NCBI GenBank assembly: GCA_045639325.1
Contig: JAZUCU010000024.1
Location: 4,737 to 68,736 of the forward strand
Direction: 5' to 3'
Length of the DNA: 64,000 bases
Source of the DNA: Victivallales bacterium
Lineage (GTDB): Bacteria; Verrucomicrobiota; Lentisphaeria; Victivallales; UBA1829
The notes under the pieces: generated by a model
Database searches by the model: none
What the model saw: the letters and a program-made list of their open reading frames with translations, nothing else
What the model was told of the DNA's origin: nothing
In this document: positions 19,747 through 28,714 of the stretch, in pieces
How positions within the stretch are numbered: position 1 is the first letter of the stretch
Layout: each line of letters opens with the position of its first letter
Program-made: the position numbers and the translations under genes

Positions 19747-19920
19747 TTATTCAGCAAACGAGACTGAAACCGACCAAGTAGAATTTTTTGTTTGCTATAA
19801 CCTTAGGTGGATTGTGTCTGGTGAGATTGTGTCCTTCGATCTTGCCGGGCGTTTTCATGCATGGTTATAGCGGCTCTTGGTCGGGCCTCAGTCTCGGTGT
19901 GTGATAACGCTCGCTTTTTT
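19747..19920 (+). ncRNA. Candidate rod-shaped structured RNA of unknown family
   Basis: Three nested stems: 19759-19778/19876-19896, 19794-19802/19863-19871, 19815-19828/19838-19851 (8 WC + 6 G-U); upstream promoter and downstream T run. Confidence 0.5.
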
Positions 19921-20032
19921 TTCTTTCTTTTATTCTATTTTTCCTTTTTACACACTGAAAACACTACCATCCTTTTCTTTTTTTTGTTTTTATTTGCTGA
20001 TTACGATTTTTGCTGTAAGATTTTTTTACAAG

Positions 20033-20079
20033 TCAGAAGTCAGTATTCCAGATGAAAAACAAATAAAAAAACGAAAGGA
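20033..20079 (+). repeat. Direct repeat copy 1 (47 bp)
   Basis: TCAGAAGTCAGTATTCCAGATGAAAAACAAATAAAAAAACGAAAGGA. Confidence 0.85.
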
Positions 20080-20175
20080 AATAATAACTGCAAATTTTAT
20101 TGTCTTATACTTGTTAAGCTCTCCATATCGGAGAAGAATTTGAACAAAATCTACATTATGTAAGGAGTGTACTAT

Positions 20176-20553
20176 ATGTACAAGAAATCATTAAAATTTA
20201 TTTTATGCGGACTTTGTCTTTGTTCCTGTTTTGTTTTATTTGGCAACACTAGTAATAGTTCTAAGAAGGAAAATGCATTTTGTCTAACATGTCACATGAA
20301 AGCTCAGAAACAAAAAAAACAAAGTTATTCTTGTACATGTCCCAAAAAGCCAGAAAAAGTAACTGGTAAAACTATACCTCCTCCTCTGCTTAAGCGGCTT
20401 CAAGTCGCCGCTTATACATGTAATAGTAAAATAGCTAAGGCTTTTATATTCTGTGCATATGGAATAGTCTTCATATATTACAATTATCCAATCATAGGGA
20501 TAATATGCCTTGTCGTTGGTGGCGGCTTTGCATATGCTGCGTTGAAAAAATAA
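20176..20553 (+). CDS. Hypothetical Cys/Lys-rich membrane protein with a CxxCH motif
   Basis: SD AAGGAG 8 nt upstream of ATG 20176; signal-like N-terminus, CLTCH, two C-terminal hydrophobic segments. Confidence 0.6.
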   Translation: MYKKSLKFILCGLCLCSCFVLFGNTSNSSKKENAFCLTCHMKAQKQKKQSYSCTCPKKPEKVTGKTIPPPLLKRLQVAAYTCNSKIAKAFIFCAYGIVFIYYNYPIIGIICLVVGGGFAYAALKK

Positions 20554-20710
20554 AAATTGTTTTTTTTGATTATAAAGACGATTTCATCAAAAAGGAACAA
20601 TAATATACCTTTGTTGCAATGTACAGATTGCATTGTTTTTAGTGAACGCATTAAGATTAAGAAGAGTATTCTGGAAACTTTGCGATTTCTTATGTAAGTT
20701 AAAAATACAT

Positions 20711-20758
20711 TCAGAAGTAAGTATTCCAGATGAAAAAACAAATAAAAAACTGAAAGGA
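20711..20758 (+). repeat. Direct repeat copy 2 (48 bp)
   Basis: TCAGAAGTAAGTATTCCAGATGAAAAAACAAATAAAAAACTGAAAGGA. Confidence 0.85.
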
Positions 20759-20939
20759 TAAAAGTAATATCAACAAAAGAAAGTTGAAATCTTTGTTTGG
20801 GACATTTTTTGTTAAATATCGAATGTATATTTAGTATTTAGCATAACCTGACAATTACAATTAAGTTACACTTATTTGCAGATATTGGTAAATAAGTCAG
20901 AAAGCTTTGATACTAACAAAATTTATCGTAGGAGAGAAA

Positions 20940-21746
20940 ATGAAAGATTTTGCAGCAATGATTCCTGAAATGGAACAAGAAGAATTACTGAAGGCTTGGA
21001 AAACAAACCGTATAATATGTTCCGTCAATGCAAGTTTGTTGTTTTTACTGATGATGTATGGAATAATGTTAATTGCGTATGCTCCTAAAACTGTTAATAA
21101 AACAGGGTTTCTTTGTTGGAGTATTATAGTAACCTCTGCTACTGTCCTGGCATTTATATCGACTCTTTTTTGCAAAAAAACTAAAAAGTGTTGGTATTCA
21201 GTTGTTTTTACAAGCGTCGGATTGGTGACTTTTTTGGTTGCATGGTTACATGGTGCACTATACTTGAGCGAGTACAAGATTTCAAAACTATTCGCTACTT
21301 TAAAAATGTGGGCTATGTATGAAGGTTGGTTGTTAAGCGTAATTTTGGTAATTGCAGCATATATTGTGATTATATCACTTTTTATCTGTTTTAGAAAATA
21401 TCTTTTGAACAGTATGGAACTCAAAAAAGAAATAAACAAACGGGCGGTAGATTATCTGAAAAGCCAAGATGTTGAAATTGTCAAAAATTTATATTGCACA
21501 ATGATTAAACAGATCTACTGTTTGATTGCTATGGTAATATTCGTAGCAATCATTGTAGTAGCTACAATCTTTGATGTTGCAGTCCTGGGCGTTTTTATGC
21601 TTCTTTTTACAATCGTATTATTACCGATTTTGCTGACATATTATTTCTGTAAGACGATTTATCTTCGGCACAAAGTTGCATGTCCGTTTCCGTTTTATTT
21701 CGCAACATTGAAAGCTGTCGTAAAAGACAATAATTGTACAAAATAA
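20940..21746 (+). CDS. Hypothetical polytopic membrane protein (about 6 TM)
   Basis: 268-codon ORF in AT-rich DNA, SD AGGAG, multiple hydrophobic helices; no family recognised. Confidence 0.7.
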   Translation: MKDFAAMIPEMEQEELLKAWKTNRIICSVNASLLFLLMMYGIMLIAYAPKTVNKTGFLCWSIIVTSATVLAFISTLFCKKTKKCWYSVVFTSVGLVTFLVAWLHGALYLSEYKISKLFATLKMWAMYEGWLLSVILVIAAYIVIISLFICFRKYLLNSMELKKEINKRAVDYLKSQDVEIVKNLYCTMIKQIYCLIAMVIFVAIIVVATIFDVAVLGVFMLLFTIVLLPILLTYYFCKTIYLRHKVACPFPFYFATLKAVVKDNNCTK

Positions 21747-21847
21747 CATCCATACCAATAGGGAGATCATCAATTGCTGGAACGAGTCTTAATCGCATTG
21801 GATTCTGTGAAAGCATTGAGATAAAGAAAATATTACGAGAACTATTT

Positions 21848-21897
21848 GCGGTCTCTTGTGTAAATCAACAATGCACAAGAAACCGCTATGTTTTTTT
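21848..21897 (+). terminator. Probable intrinsic terminator closing the AT-rich islet
   Basis: GCGGTCTCTTGTG...CACAAGAAACCGC followed by T run. Confidence 0.65.
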
Positions 21898-22229
21898 AGA
21901 TTAATGATGCCGGGATGCACAAAACATCTTTATTCGGCAGGGGCAATATTTCCGGACAGGAACAGACGATCGCGCCTTTTTTGACCTTTATTTTGTGATT
22001 TGCAAATCGAAAAACGATATATATTCGTTATTTTTTTATCTATTTTCAGTGTTTTGTGTATTAGAGGGAAAAAAACTGTGATGATTTCAATTTCAAATTC
22101 AAAGTACGGGAACTGCAGAAAAAAATTCTTGCGTTGCTTGCAAAAAAGCACTTTCAAGGTTATATTACTGCAAAACGTAAACGGCTGAAATGCCGATTTT
22201 ATCAGTCAAAAAAATAAAGGTTCAAAAAT

Positions 22230-23999
22230 ATGAAATCTCCGGAATTGATTGTGATTGGTTTGGATGGAGCTGTGGATTCCTATATTGCTAAAGAAATCGC
22301 AAAAGGTAATCTGCCCAATTTTGCACGTCTGCTTGAACGCGGTTGCCGTATGACCGATCTCCGTCCTGTTCATCCGACGATCACTCCTGTATGTTGGAGT
22401 GCTCTGCAAACCGGGGCAACTCCGGAAATTAACGGAATCGTGGCCGATCAGCTTTATCTGGGGGGGCATATTTCCAAGTTGGTTTCCTCTTACAACGGTA
22501 CGCATCTTTTGGCTGAACGTTTCTGGGAAGCAGCGGCACGCGCCGGAAAAACTTCGATCATTGACAGTATGCCTGTGTCCGGTCCGCGCCGTTCCGATTT
22601 GGTCTGGCAGATGGAAGGCACCAGCGGCAATCCGGGCAGAATGGTCATGCCGGATGGTTCCGTTGAATATGTCGATGTTCCACAGCAAGTCTGGTTTTTC
22701 GGCAAAGATAAAAAGCCGGTCGACACAATCGAGGGTGTTCTTATTGCTCCATCAAAAATCAAAGAGAATGGAAATGGCTCGTTTATGCTTGAAGTCGATC
22801 TGGAATCTCCGGATGCAAACCGTCACAAGCTGCTGCCATTCGTTTGGGATCTGCTGCCGACGGATGACGGTTTCATGATCAATTTCAATGACCGGAATAT
22901 TTCTCTTGCAGAAAATCAATGGTCCGAACCGGTATTCCGGCAGATGGAAACGCTGAACGGGTCATTGGAATTGGCTTTCCGTTTTTATTGCGGGGCGTAT
23001 GAGGATGGTTATATGATTTTTTCTTCCGCCGCGAGTTACATCATTGACCGGGCTTTTCCCGAGGAGTTTGCAGAAGTCTTTCATAAAATGCCCCCCACGC
23101 CGATCGAACGGGAATATGTATTTTTTGCCAATCCTAAAACGAATAATATCACGATTGATTCCTGGGATAAACATTCACAATGGCATATTGAAATGTTCCG
23201 CCGTGCATTGAAAAAGCATATTCCTGATATCATCGTCACTTATTTCGGTTCCATTGATACAGTCAATCATTTCTTCTGGCCTCAACTTGCCGGAGCAATC
23301 AAAACAACACCCGAACAATACCGTTTTGTAGAAGACTGCTATCTCAAGACTTATCAGATCGCGGATCGGTATATCGGATATTTTCTTGATGAAGTCGCGG
23401 ATGACAATACAACACTATTGATCGTTTCCGACCACGGAGCGATCGGCGTAAAGGAAGAACGCAGCATTAACGATGCTCTCGCTGCCGCCGGATTACTAGT
23501 CTGGCAGCCGGGAACAAGAACTATCTGTTGGGAAAAGACTCGCGCAGCTTACCGGGGATGCGGTCATATTTATGTCAATCTGGAAGAACGGGGCAATGGA
23601 ATCGTTCCCAGAGAAGATTACGAAAAAACGCTTGATGAAATCATCACCGCATTGCAAACCAATCTGCGGGGGCCTGATGGCGAATCCTATCTCGCTTTCG
23701 CAGTCAAAAAGCGGGAAGCCGGATTCTTTGGTCTTGGCGGTGAACGTTGCGGCGATGTGGTATTCGGTTTGACCGCCGGGTATGCCGCCATGACGGTTCA
23801 TGCAGAACAGATCCCGACTGCACTCAATGACTTCGGTGGAATGCGTGCTTTGGGTATACTTTCCGGTCCGGACGTTCCACACGGAATTTACACAAAGCCG
23901 GTCAACAGCATCGACCTTGCCCCGACACTCTGTGCACGAATGTCCGTTCCTCTGCCTGCGGAAAGTAACGGCCGGGTAATCTATGACTTTTTGAAATAA
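22230..23999 (+). CDS. Alkaline phosphatase superfamily protein (nucleotide pyrophosphatase/phosphodiesterase-like)
   Basis: IGLDGA, HPTITP (Thr nucleophile), IDTVNH, VSDHG, IDLAPT. Confidence 0.85.
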   Translation: MKSPELIVIGLDGAVDSYIAKEIAKGNLPNFARLLERGCRMTDLRPVHPTITPVCWSALQTGATPEINGIVADQLYLGGHISKLVSSYNGTHLLAERFWEAAARAGKTSIIDSMPVSGPRRSDLVWQMEGTSGNPGRMVMPDGSVEYVDVPQQVWFFGKDKKPVDTIEGVLIAPSKIKENGNGSFMLEVDLESPDANRHKLLPFVWDLLPTDDGFMINFNDRNISLAENQWSEPVFRQMETLNGSLELAFRFYCGAYEDGYMIFSSAASYIIDRAFPEEFAEVFHKMPPTPIEREYVFFANPKTNNITIDSWDKHSQWHIEMFRRALKKHIPDIIVTYFGSIDTVNHFFWPQLAGAIKTTPEQYRFVEDCYLKTYQIADRYIGYFLDEVADDNTTLLIVSDHGAIGVKEERSINDALAAAGLLVWQPGTRTICWEKTRAAYRGCGHIYVNLEERGNGIVPREDYEKTLDEIITALQTNLRGPDGESYLAFAVKKREAGFFGLGGERCGDVVFGLTAGYAAMTVHAEQIPTALNDFGGMRALGILSGPDVPHGIYTKPVNSIDLAPTLCARMSVPLPAESNGRVIYDFLK

Positions 24000-24003
24000 A
24001 AAA

Positions 24004-24780
24004 TCAAATGATCCCCATTTGATGGAGAAGGTTGAAGCCGAGAGATAAGGCGGCAATCAGCAGAATCGTATAGACGATCAGCCGGAAGGTGCGTTCGTTG
24101 ACTTTATGATGAAGATAATCACCAGTCAACAGACCGCAGATCACAAACGGGATCGCACAAAGAATCTGGCGTCCCAACCGGGGCGTCCAGACGTTACCCG
24201 CAAGAGTCCATTTGCTTAACATGATCACATTCATGGAGCACCACAACATACTCAGAGTGACACGGAAATTTGATTTGTTGGGTAATGCTTTCGAGGCATA
24301 AATGACGATCACCGGTCCGCCGGAACTGAAGGCTCCATGGATGATCCCGCCACAAATCAGGATCAGGTGCATGAAAATGTTCTTCTTTACGGGTTGGTCG
24401 GTTTTACTCTGATTTTTTAAGGTCGTATAAATTCCTTTGACGCCGACTAAAAGCATAAAACAGACCAGGATACCAGTCATGACGCTGCGTGGCAGGTAAT
24501 CCATAATGAGCAGCCCGATGGGGATACAGAGCGCAACATGGGCGGCGATAAACAGATATTCCCGCCACTGGATGTTACGCCAGGATTTGTATACGAGAAG
24601 TATCCCCAGTATCCAGCCGAGACAGGTCAGCAAGGGAATCGCTTTTTCGATACCGATCAGCATAATCACGAAAGGCAAAGCCAGAATCGTGCTGCCGAAT
24701 CCGGAAATACCTTCGATCGCCGCTGTGGAAAAAACAATGAGTCCGATCAGCAGAATAAGCAACAGTTCATTCATGCTCAA
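24004..24780 (-). CDS. Sulfite exporter TauE/SafE family membrane protein
   Basis: EGISGFGSTILALP, GAFSSGGP, about 8 TM. Confidence 0.85.
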   Translation of the reverse strand: MSMNELLLILLIGLIVFSTAAIEGISGFGSTILALPFVIMLIGIEKAIPLLTCLGWILGILLVYKSWRNIQWREYLFIAAHVALCIPIGLLIMDYLPRSVMTGILVCFMLLVGVKGIYTTLKNQSKTDQPVKKNIFMHLILICGGIIHGAFSSGGPVIVIYASKALPNKSNFRVTLSMLWCSMNVIMLSKWTLAGNVWTPRLGRQILCAIPFVICGLLTGDYLHHKVNERTFRLIVYTILLIAALSLGFNLLHQMGII

Positions 24781-26990
24781 ACACTCTTGAGAGTAAGTGT
24801 TTCACCGGCTTTCATGGAGAGGGTCAGCACATTATTTTCGACAACTGCATTTGCCGGAATCTGCCATTCGGTTACCGGAGCGGGCAGGGAAAGGCGTAAC
24901 GTGTTGTCGCGTCCTGCTGTGATCTGCAATTCGGGGCATGTACCGCGATGGAATTTACCGCTGACACAGAAGCCGCCGGGAGCCGGCATGTTTTCTACGA
25001 AAGAATTTTTCCAGCGTTGGGGGATGGTTCCGACATAGAGGATATTCCGGCGGGCGTGCACGAACATTTCCTGAATGGCTGTAACAGAGCCCATTGCGGC
25101 ATCCATCTGCATGATTTCCGGGCGCAACTGATCTGCCATGAATGAGAATCCTTTGAAGTTGGTGTCATGACGGGAGTTGCCGCCTTCGTTGGTATAGAAA
25201 CGCTTGAAGATTTCCAGTGTCAATTCCGCACTTTCCCCGCCATTGAGACGTGTATTGAGCATGGCAGCCCAAGCCATACTCCAGCCGGCCCACATGCCCA
25301 TACCTTTTCCCTGCCAGATCCGACGGGTGTGGCAGATGATGTCTTTCCATTCCGGATCGTTCTGATCGAGGGTATCGAAGGGACAGATACCGGCAAGGTG
25401 AGAGTGATGACGGTGACTTTCTTCCAATATCTGACCATCCCAGAGGGCGATTTCTTTCTCGCCGGGATAGCGGAATTCTTCCATGTGCTGGTCGCCGCGG
25501 ACAGGTGTATGAATACTTGCCAGCGGGAGTTTTTCCCGGATTTCCTGCCAGAACGGGTCGGGCGTGACATTGAGCCATTGTGCTGCAGTGAGGAGGTTTT
25601 CTGCCAGACGGTGAATTGCTGCGACCTGGAAGCTTGCATTTTTGCCCCATGCCGTCATCAGGGAACCGCCGTATTCGGGGGAGATGCTGACGGGCAGTTC
25701 AAGGGCGCCGTCGGCTGTCCGTGTGATCATCGCCTGGAAGACGCGCATGACGCCTTTCATAAAGTCGAAGACTTCCGTGCGTAAAAATTCCATATCGCTG
25801 TAATAATCGCAATAATCGAACATCATCTGTGCGACCCATGCGGCGCAGGCGTGGTCGATGGAGCCGGTCCAGAATCCGCCCATGCATGTACCGTGATCAT
25901 CGACTGCATGAGGAACCATGATGCCGTCATCAATACCGACAAAGCACTTTGCATTGTATCTGAGTTTGTCTTTCCAGTCCAGCAACATTTTAAAGACGGG
26001 CATCAGGTTGCGGGGACGGTTGGCGCGGTAGGCGGGCCAGTAACACATTTCCAGATTGATATTGAGGTGATAATCTCCGGACCAGGGCGGGAAACTGTTA
26101 TCTTCGAGCCAGGGTCCTTGCAAACCGGCGGGCCAACCGCTTTCGTCAGTCATAGCGCCGAATTTGTATAAGCCGTACCAGTAAAGTTCTTCCAATGCGG
26201 GATTGTCGATTCCGACCTTGGGAATATCTTTCCAGTATTGACTCCACCAGTTTGTATTTTCTGCTGTCAATGCATCAAAATCGACCTGTTCCGCAGCAAG
26301 GAGCGTCTGTTTCAATTCGGCAGCGTCTTTTGCACGGGCGAATTTGACGGAGAATTGAGCACCATCCTGACGGCAGAACAAACCGAAACCATCATCGACG
26401 GGGAGCATATTCGCGAAACCGTGACCATTCGCGGTGGAAAATCTTTCGGGCTCGGGAATGGAGATGGATGCCAGCGCACCGTTACTCATGGAGTAAGAGT
26501 CGCGGACGATGAACTCTTTGACATCGGGGGCGAAGAAAGAGAATCTGCCTTTTTCTTCCATATCGAGCCGGAACTCCATGACTTTTTCTGTTCCTTCGGG
26601 GGCGGTATAGAAGATTTTCAGCAAGCCGTCGGCAAGACGCAATTCGTAATGAGTGAGCTTGGATTTTTCGACGAGATGCAATTCAATTCTGCCCACCGGG
26701 ACGAGGCACGGGCATTTCGGCTGACCAGGGACATTTTCCGTTGTAGACTTGAACATGTCTCTGATCTTTTCCATATCTTTATTCTGCAGATGAGTGTAAA
26801 GATCTTTGAAATTGATTTTTTCTGTCCATTCCATGCCGCCGCGATGATCCCAGAGTGCGGAACACCCGAAGGAGATGTTCAGAAGATCATTCTGTCCCCA
26901 GAGGAGAATTCCGAGATAGCTGTTGCCGAGGACTGCACCGGTTTGGATACGGGGCAGGGGAAAGTCGCGCGTCATTATAAATTTGCACAT
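24777..26990 (-). CDS. GH95-like glycoside hydrolase (alpha-L-fucosidase-like)
   Basis: GLQGPW, YHLNINLEMCYWP, SISPEY, HRHHSHL, GWSMAW, QMDAAMG. Confidence 0.8.
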   Translation of the reverse strand: MCKFIMTRDFPLPRIQTGAVLGNSYLGILLWGQNDLLNISFGCSALWDHRGGMEWTEKINFKDLYTHLQNKDMEKIRDMFKSTTENVPGQPKCPCLVPVGRIELHLVEKSKLTHYELRLADGLLKIFYTAPEGTEKVMEFRLDMEEKGRFSFFAPDVKEFIVRDSYSMSNGALASISIPEPERFSTANGHGFANMLPVDDGFGLFCRQDGAQFSVKFARAKDAAELKQTLLAAEQVDFDALTAENTNWWSQYWKDIPKVGIDNPALEELYWYGLYKFGAMTDESGWPAGLQGPWLEDNSFPPWSGDYHLNINLEMCYWPAYRANRPRNLMPVFKMLLDWKDKLRYNAKCFVGIDDGIMVPHAVDDHGTCMGGFWTGSIDHACAAWVAQMMFDYCDYYSDMEFLRTEVFDFMKGVMRVFQAMITRTADGALELPVSISPEYGGSLMTAWGKNASFQVAAIHRLAENLLTAAQWLNVTPDPFWQEIREKLPLASIHTPVRGDQHMEEFRYPGEKEIALWDGQILEESHRHHSHLAGICPFDTLDQNDPEWKDIICHTRRIWQGKGMGMWAGWSMAWAAMLNTRLNGGESAELTLEIFKRFYTNEGGNSRHDTNFKGFSFMADQLRPEIMQMDAAMGSVTAIQEMFVHARRNILYVGTIPQRWKNSFVENMPAPGGFCVSGKFHRGTCPELQITAGRDNTLRLSLPAPVTEWQIPANAVVENNVLTLSMKAGETLTLKSV

Positions 26991-27172
26991 AGTACAAAAA
27001 TCCTTAAATAGTTATAAATTTCTTGTATAATTTACCACATTAGTATTAAAATGCAAATATGCAATTGCGTTATTGAGAAAATAAAAACAATATTTTTTTC
27101 GGGAAAGTTTGATATTTTTATATTGAAGGTGTATATTATAAGGATACATATATAATATCAAGGAAGGTCATT

Positions 27173-27934
27173 ATGGCTGAAAATAACAATATAATTCTGG
27201 AAATGCCGATCCGGATGAACGAATGTGGACCGGATGGAAAACTGCGTTCGCACATCTGGTTTGATTATCTGCAGCACATTGCCGCGATTCATGCGGAAAA
27301 ATTGGGCTTCGGGATGAGTGCAATCAAAGAAAAAAATCTGATCTGGGTGCTTTCCCGGATTAAAGTCGTTATGGAAGATGCCCCCCGCTATGATGATGTA
27401 TTGCGTGTGGAAAGTTATCATAACGGTGCGGAAAAACTTTTTGCAAAACGTCAGTTTGTTGTTTCTTCCGCATTGAGCGGCAAACGATTCGGTTATGCTT
27501 CCAGTTTCTGGCTGACTTTGGAATTGCCGACTTTCCGTCCCCGTCCGCCCGCGAATTTCCTGAAAGAAAGAGTCATGGAAAATGTGGAGAAAGAAGATTT
27601 CTTCCCCATGCTTGATAAATTATCCTGTCCGGGCGAATTGACCGGGGAATTGCATTATGACATCAATTCTTCCAACATTGACTTGAATAACCATTTGAAC
27701 AATACTTTTTACAGTGCGTATGCGCTCGACTGGATTGCCGCTGCGGTTCAGTCTCATATTCAGCTCAAAGAGATTCAGGTCAATTACAACCGTGCCATGC
27801 AGTTCGGCGAAGAAATCATTGTCAAAGGCTGTCTGCTTGGTGACGATGGATTTTATGTGGAAGGGATTGACCGGGAAAGCGGGAAAAATTCCTTCCAGGC
27901 GACAGGTAAGTACGTCCGTCAAAACGCAGAATAA
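27173..27934 (+). CDS. Acyl-ACP thioesterase (FatA/B-like)
   Basis: Double hotdog size, WVLSRI, IDLNNHLNNTFY. Confidence 0.88.
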   Translation: MAENNNIILEMPIRMNECGPDGKLRSHIWFDYLQHIAAIHAEKLGFGMSAIKEKNLIWVLSRIKVVMEDAPRYDDVLRVESYHNGAEKLFAKRQFVVSSALSGKRFGYASSFWLTLELPTFRPRPPANFLKERVMENVEKEDFFPMLDKLSCPGELTGELHYDINSSNIDLNNHLNNTFYSAYALDWIAAAVQSHIQLKEIQVNYNRAMQFGEEIIVKGCLLGDDGFYVEGIDRESGKNSFQATGKYVRQNAE

Positions 27935-27967
27935 TAAACAATAGTATATATAACAGGAGATTTTATT

Positions 27968-28714
27968 GTGAAGATGTCTTCATTCCGTAAATTTACTTTG
28001 ATTGAACTGCTTGTTGTGATTGCAATTATTGCAATCCTTGCATCCATGCTGCTGCCTGCGCTTGGACGTGTCAAGGACAGTGCAAGTTTATCTCAGTGTC
28101 TCAACAACTGCAAAAATCTTTCCCGTGCCATGTATGCGTATGAAAGTGATCATAACGGTTATTTGTGCGATGTTTATAACCGGACAAAAGATGCAAGCAA
28201 TAATCAGCTTGGCTGGACATATCGTATTTATACTTATGCTACGGGTGATAAAGTGGTATGGCACTCCAGCGGGGGAATTGACGGCACAAAGAGTGCATCT
28301 GTTTTCTTTTGTCCCTCCAGTTCCGGAAACGGAATGTCAAAAAGCTTGCGAGTTTATGATACCTCTGTCGGTTATGGCGGAAATATCCTTTTGAATTCTT
28401 CTACTGTTCTGAAAGTCAGTCAGTTGAAACAGCCGTCCCAGAAAGCCCTTGTTGCAGAAAAATGGCGTTGTGATGCCTGGTATGTGGAAGGCAGAAAGCG
28501 CAATAATGCATCCCAGTACCGTCCCGCATTACGCCATGGCACCAATATGTTCATGGATGAAAAAAGTGAATTGACAAAAGCTCAAGTGACTGCTGCGTTT
28601 GTTGCATCCAATAAAGGAACATCCAACGTGGTGTTTGCGGATGGTCACGTGGAAAGCTGCAAGTATCCCCGTTTGACAGAAAACAGTCACTTTATTTTCC
28701 ACCTTGAAAAATGA
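27968..28714 (+). CDS. Prepilin-type N-terminal cleavage/methylation domain protein (DUF1559/H-X9-DG-like)
   Basis: KFTLIELLVVIAIIAILASMLLPAL, CLNN, FFCPS, RH...NVVFADGHVE. Confidence 0.9.
   Translation: MKMSSFRKFTLIELLVVIAIIAILASMLLPALGRVKDSASLSQCLNNCKNLSRAMYAYESDHNGYLCDVYNRTKDASNNQLGWTYRIYTYATGDKVVWHSSGGIDGTKSASVFFCPSSSGNGMSKSLRVYDTSVGYGGNILLNSSTVLKVSQLKQPSQKALVAEKWRCDAWYVEGRKRNNASQYRPALRHGTNMFMDEKSELTKAQVTAAFVASNKGTSNVVFADGHVESCKYPRLTENSHFIFHLEK

Noticed and set aside
19753-19780. AGCAAAC..GAAA resembling a c-di-GMP-I riboswitch
   Set aside because: Bases flanking GAAA do not pair and the GCAAAG continuation is missing
19794-19871. CTATAAC ... GTTATAG as an integron attC site
   Set aside because: R boxes and length are plausible but L boxes match poorly, the extra 20-bp outer stem is atypical, and there is no second attC or integrase; IntegronFinder would settle it
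19759-19900. Retron msr-msd or CRISPR repeat/tracrRNA interpretation of the rod
   Set aside because: No reverse transcriptase, cas gene or repeat-spacer array in the window
19861-20143. Phe/Leu-rich ORFs 19861..20055 and 19877..20143 as type I toxins
   Set aside because: No SD; hydrophobicity comes from poly-T low-complexity DNA; starts lie inside the RNA stem
20033-20758. Direct repeats as a CRISPR array
   Set aside because: Only two copies, 678 bp apart, enclosing a gene
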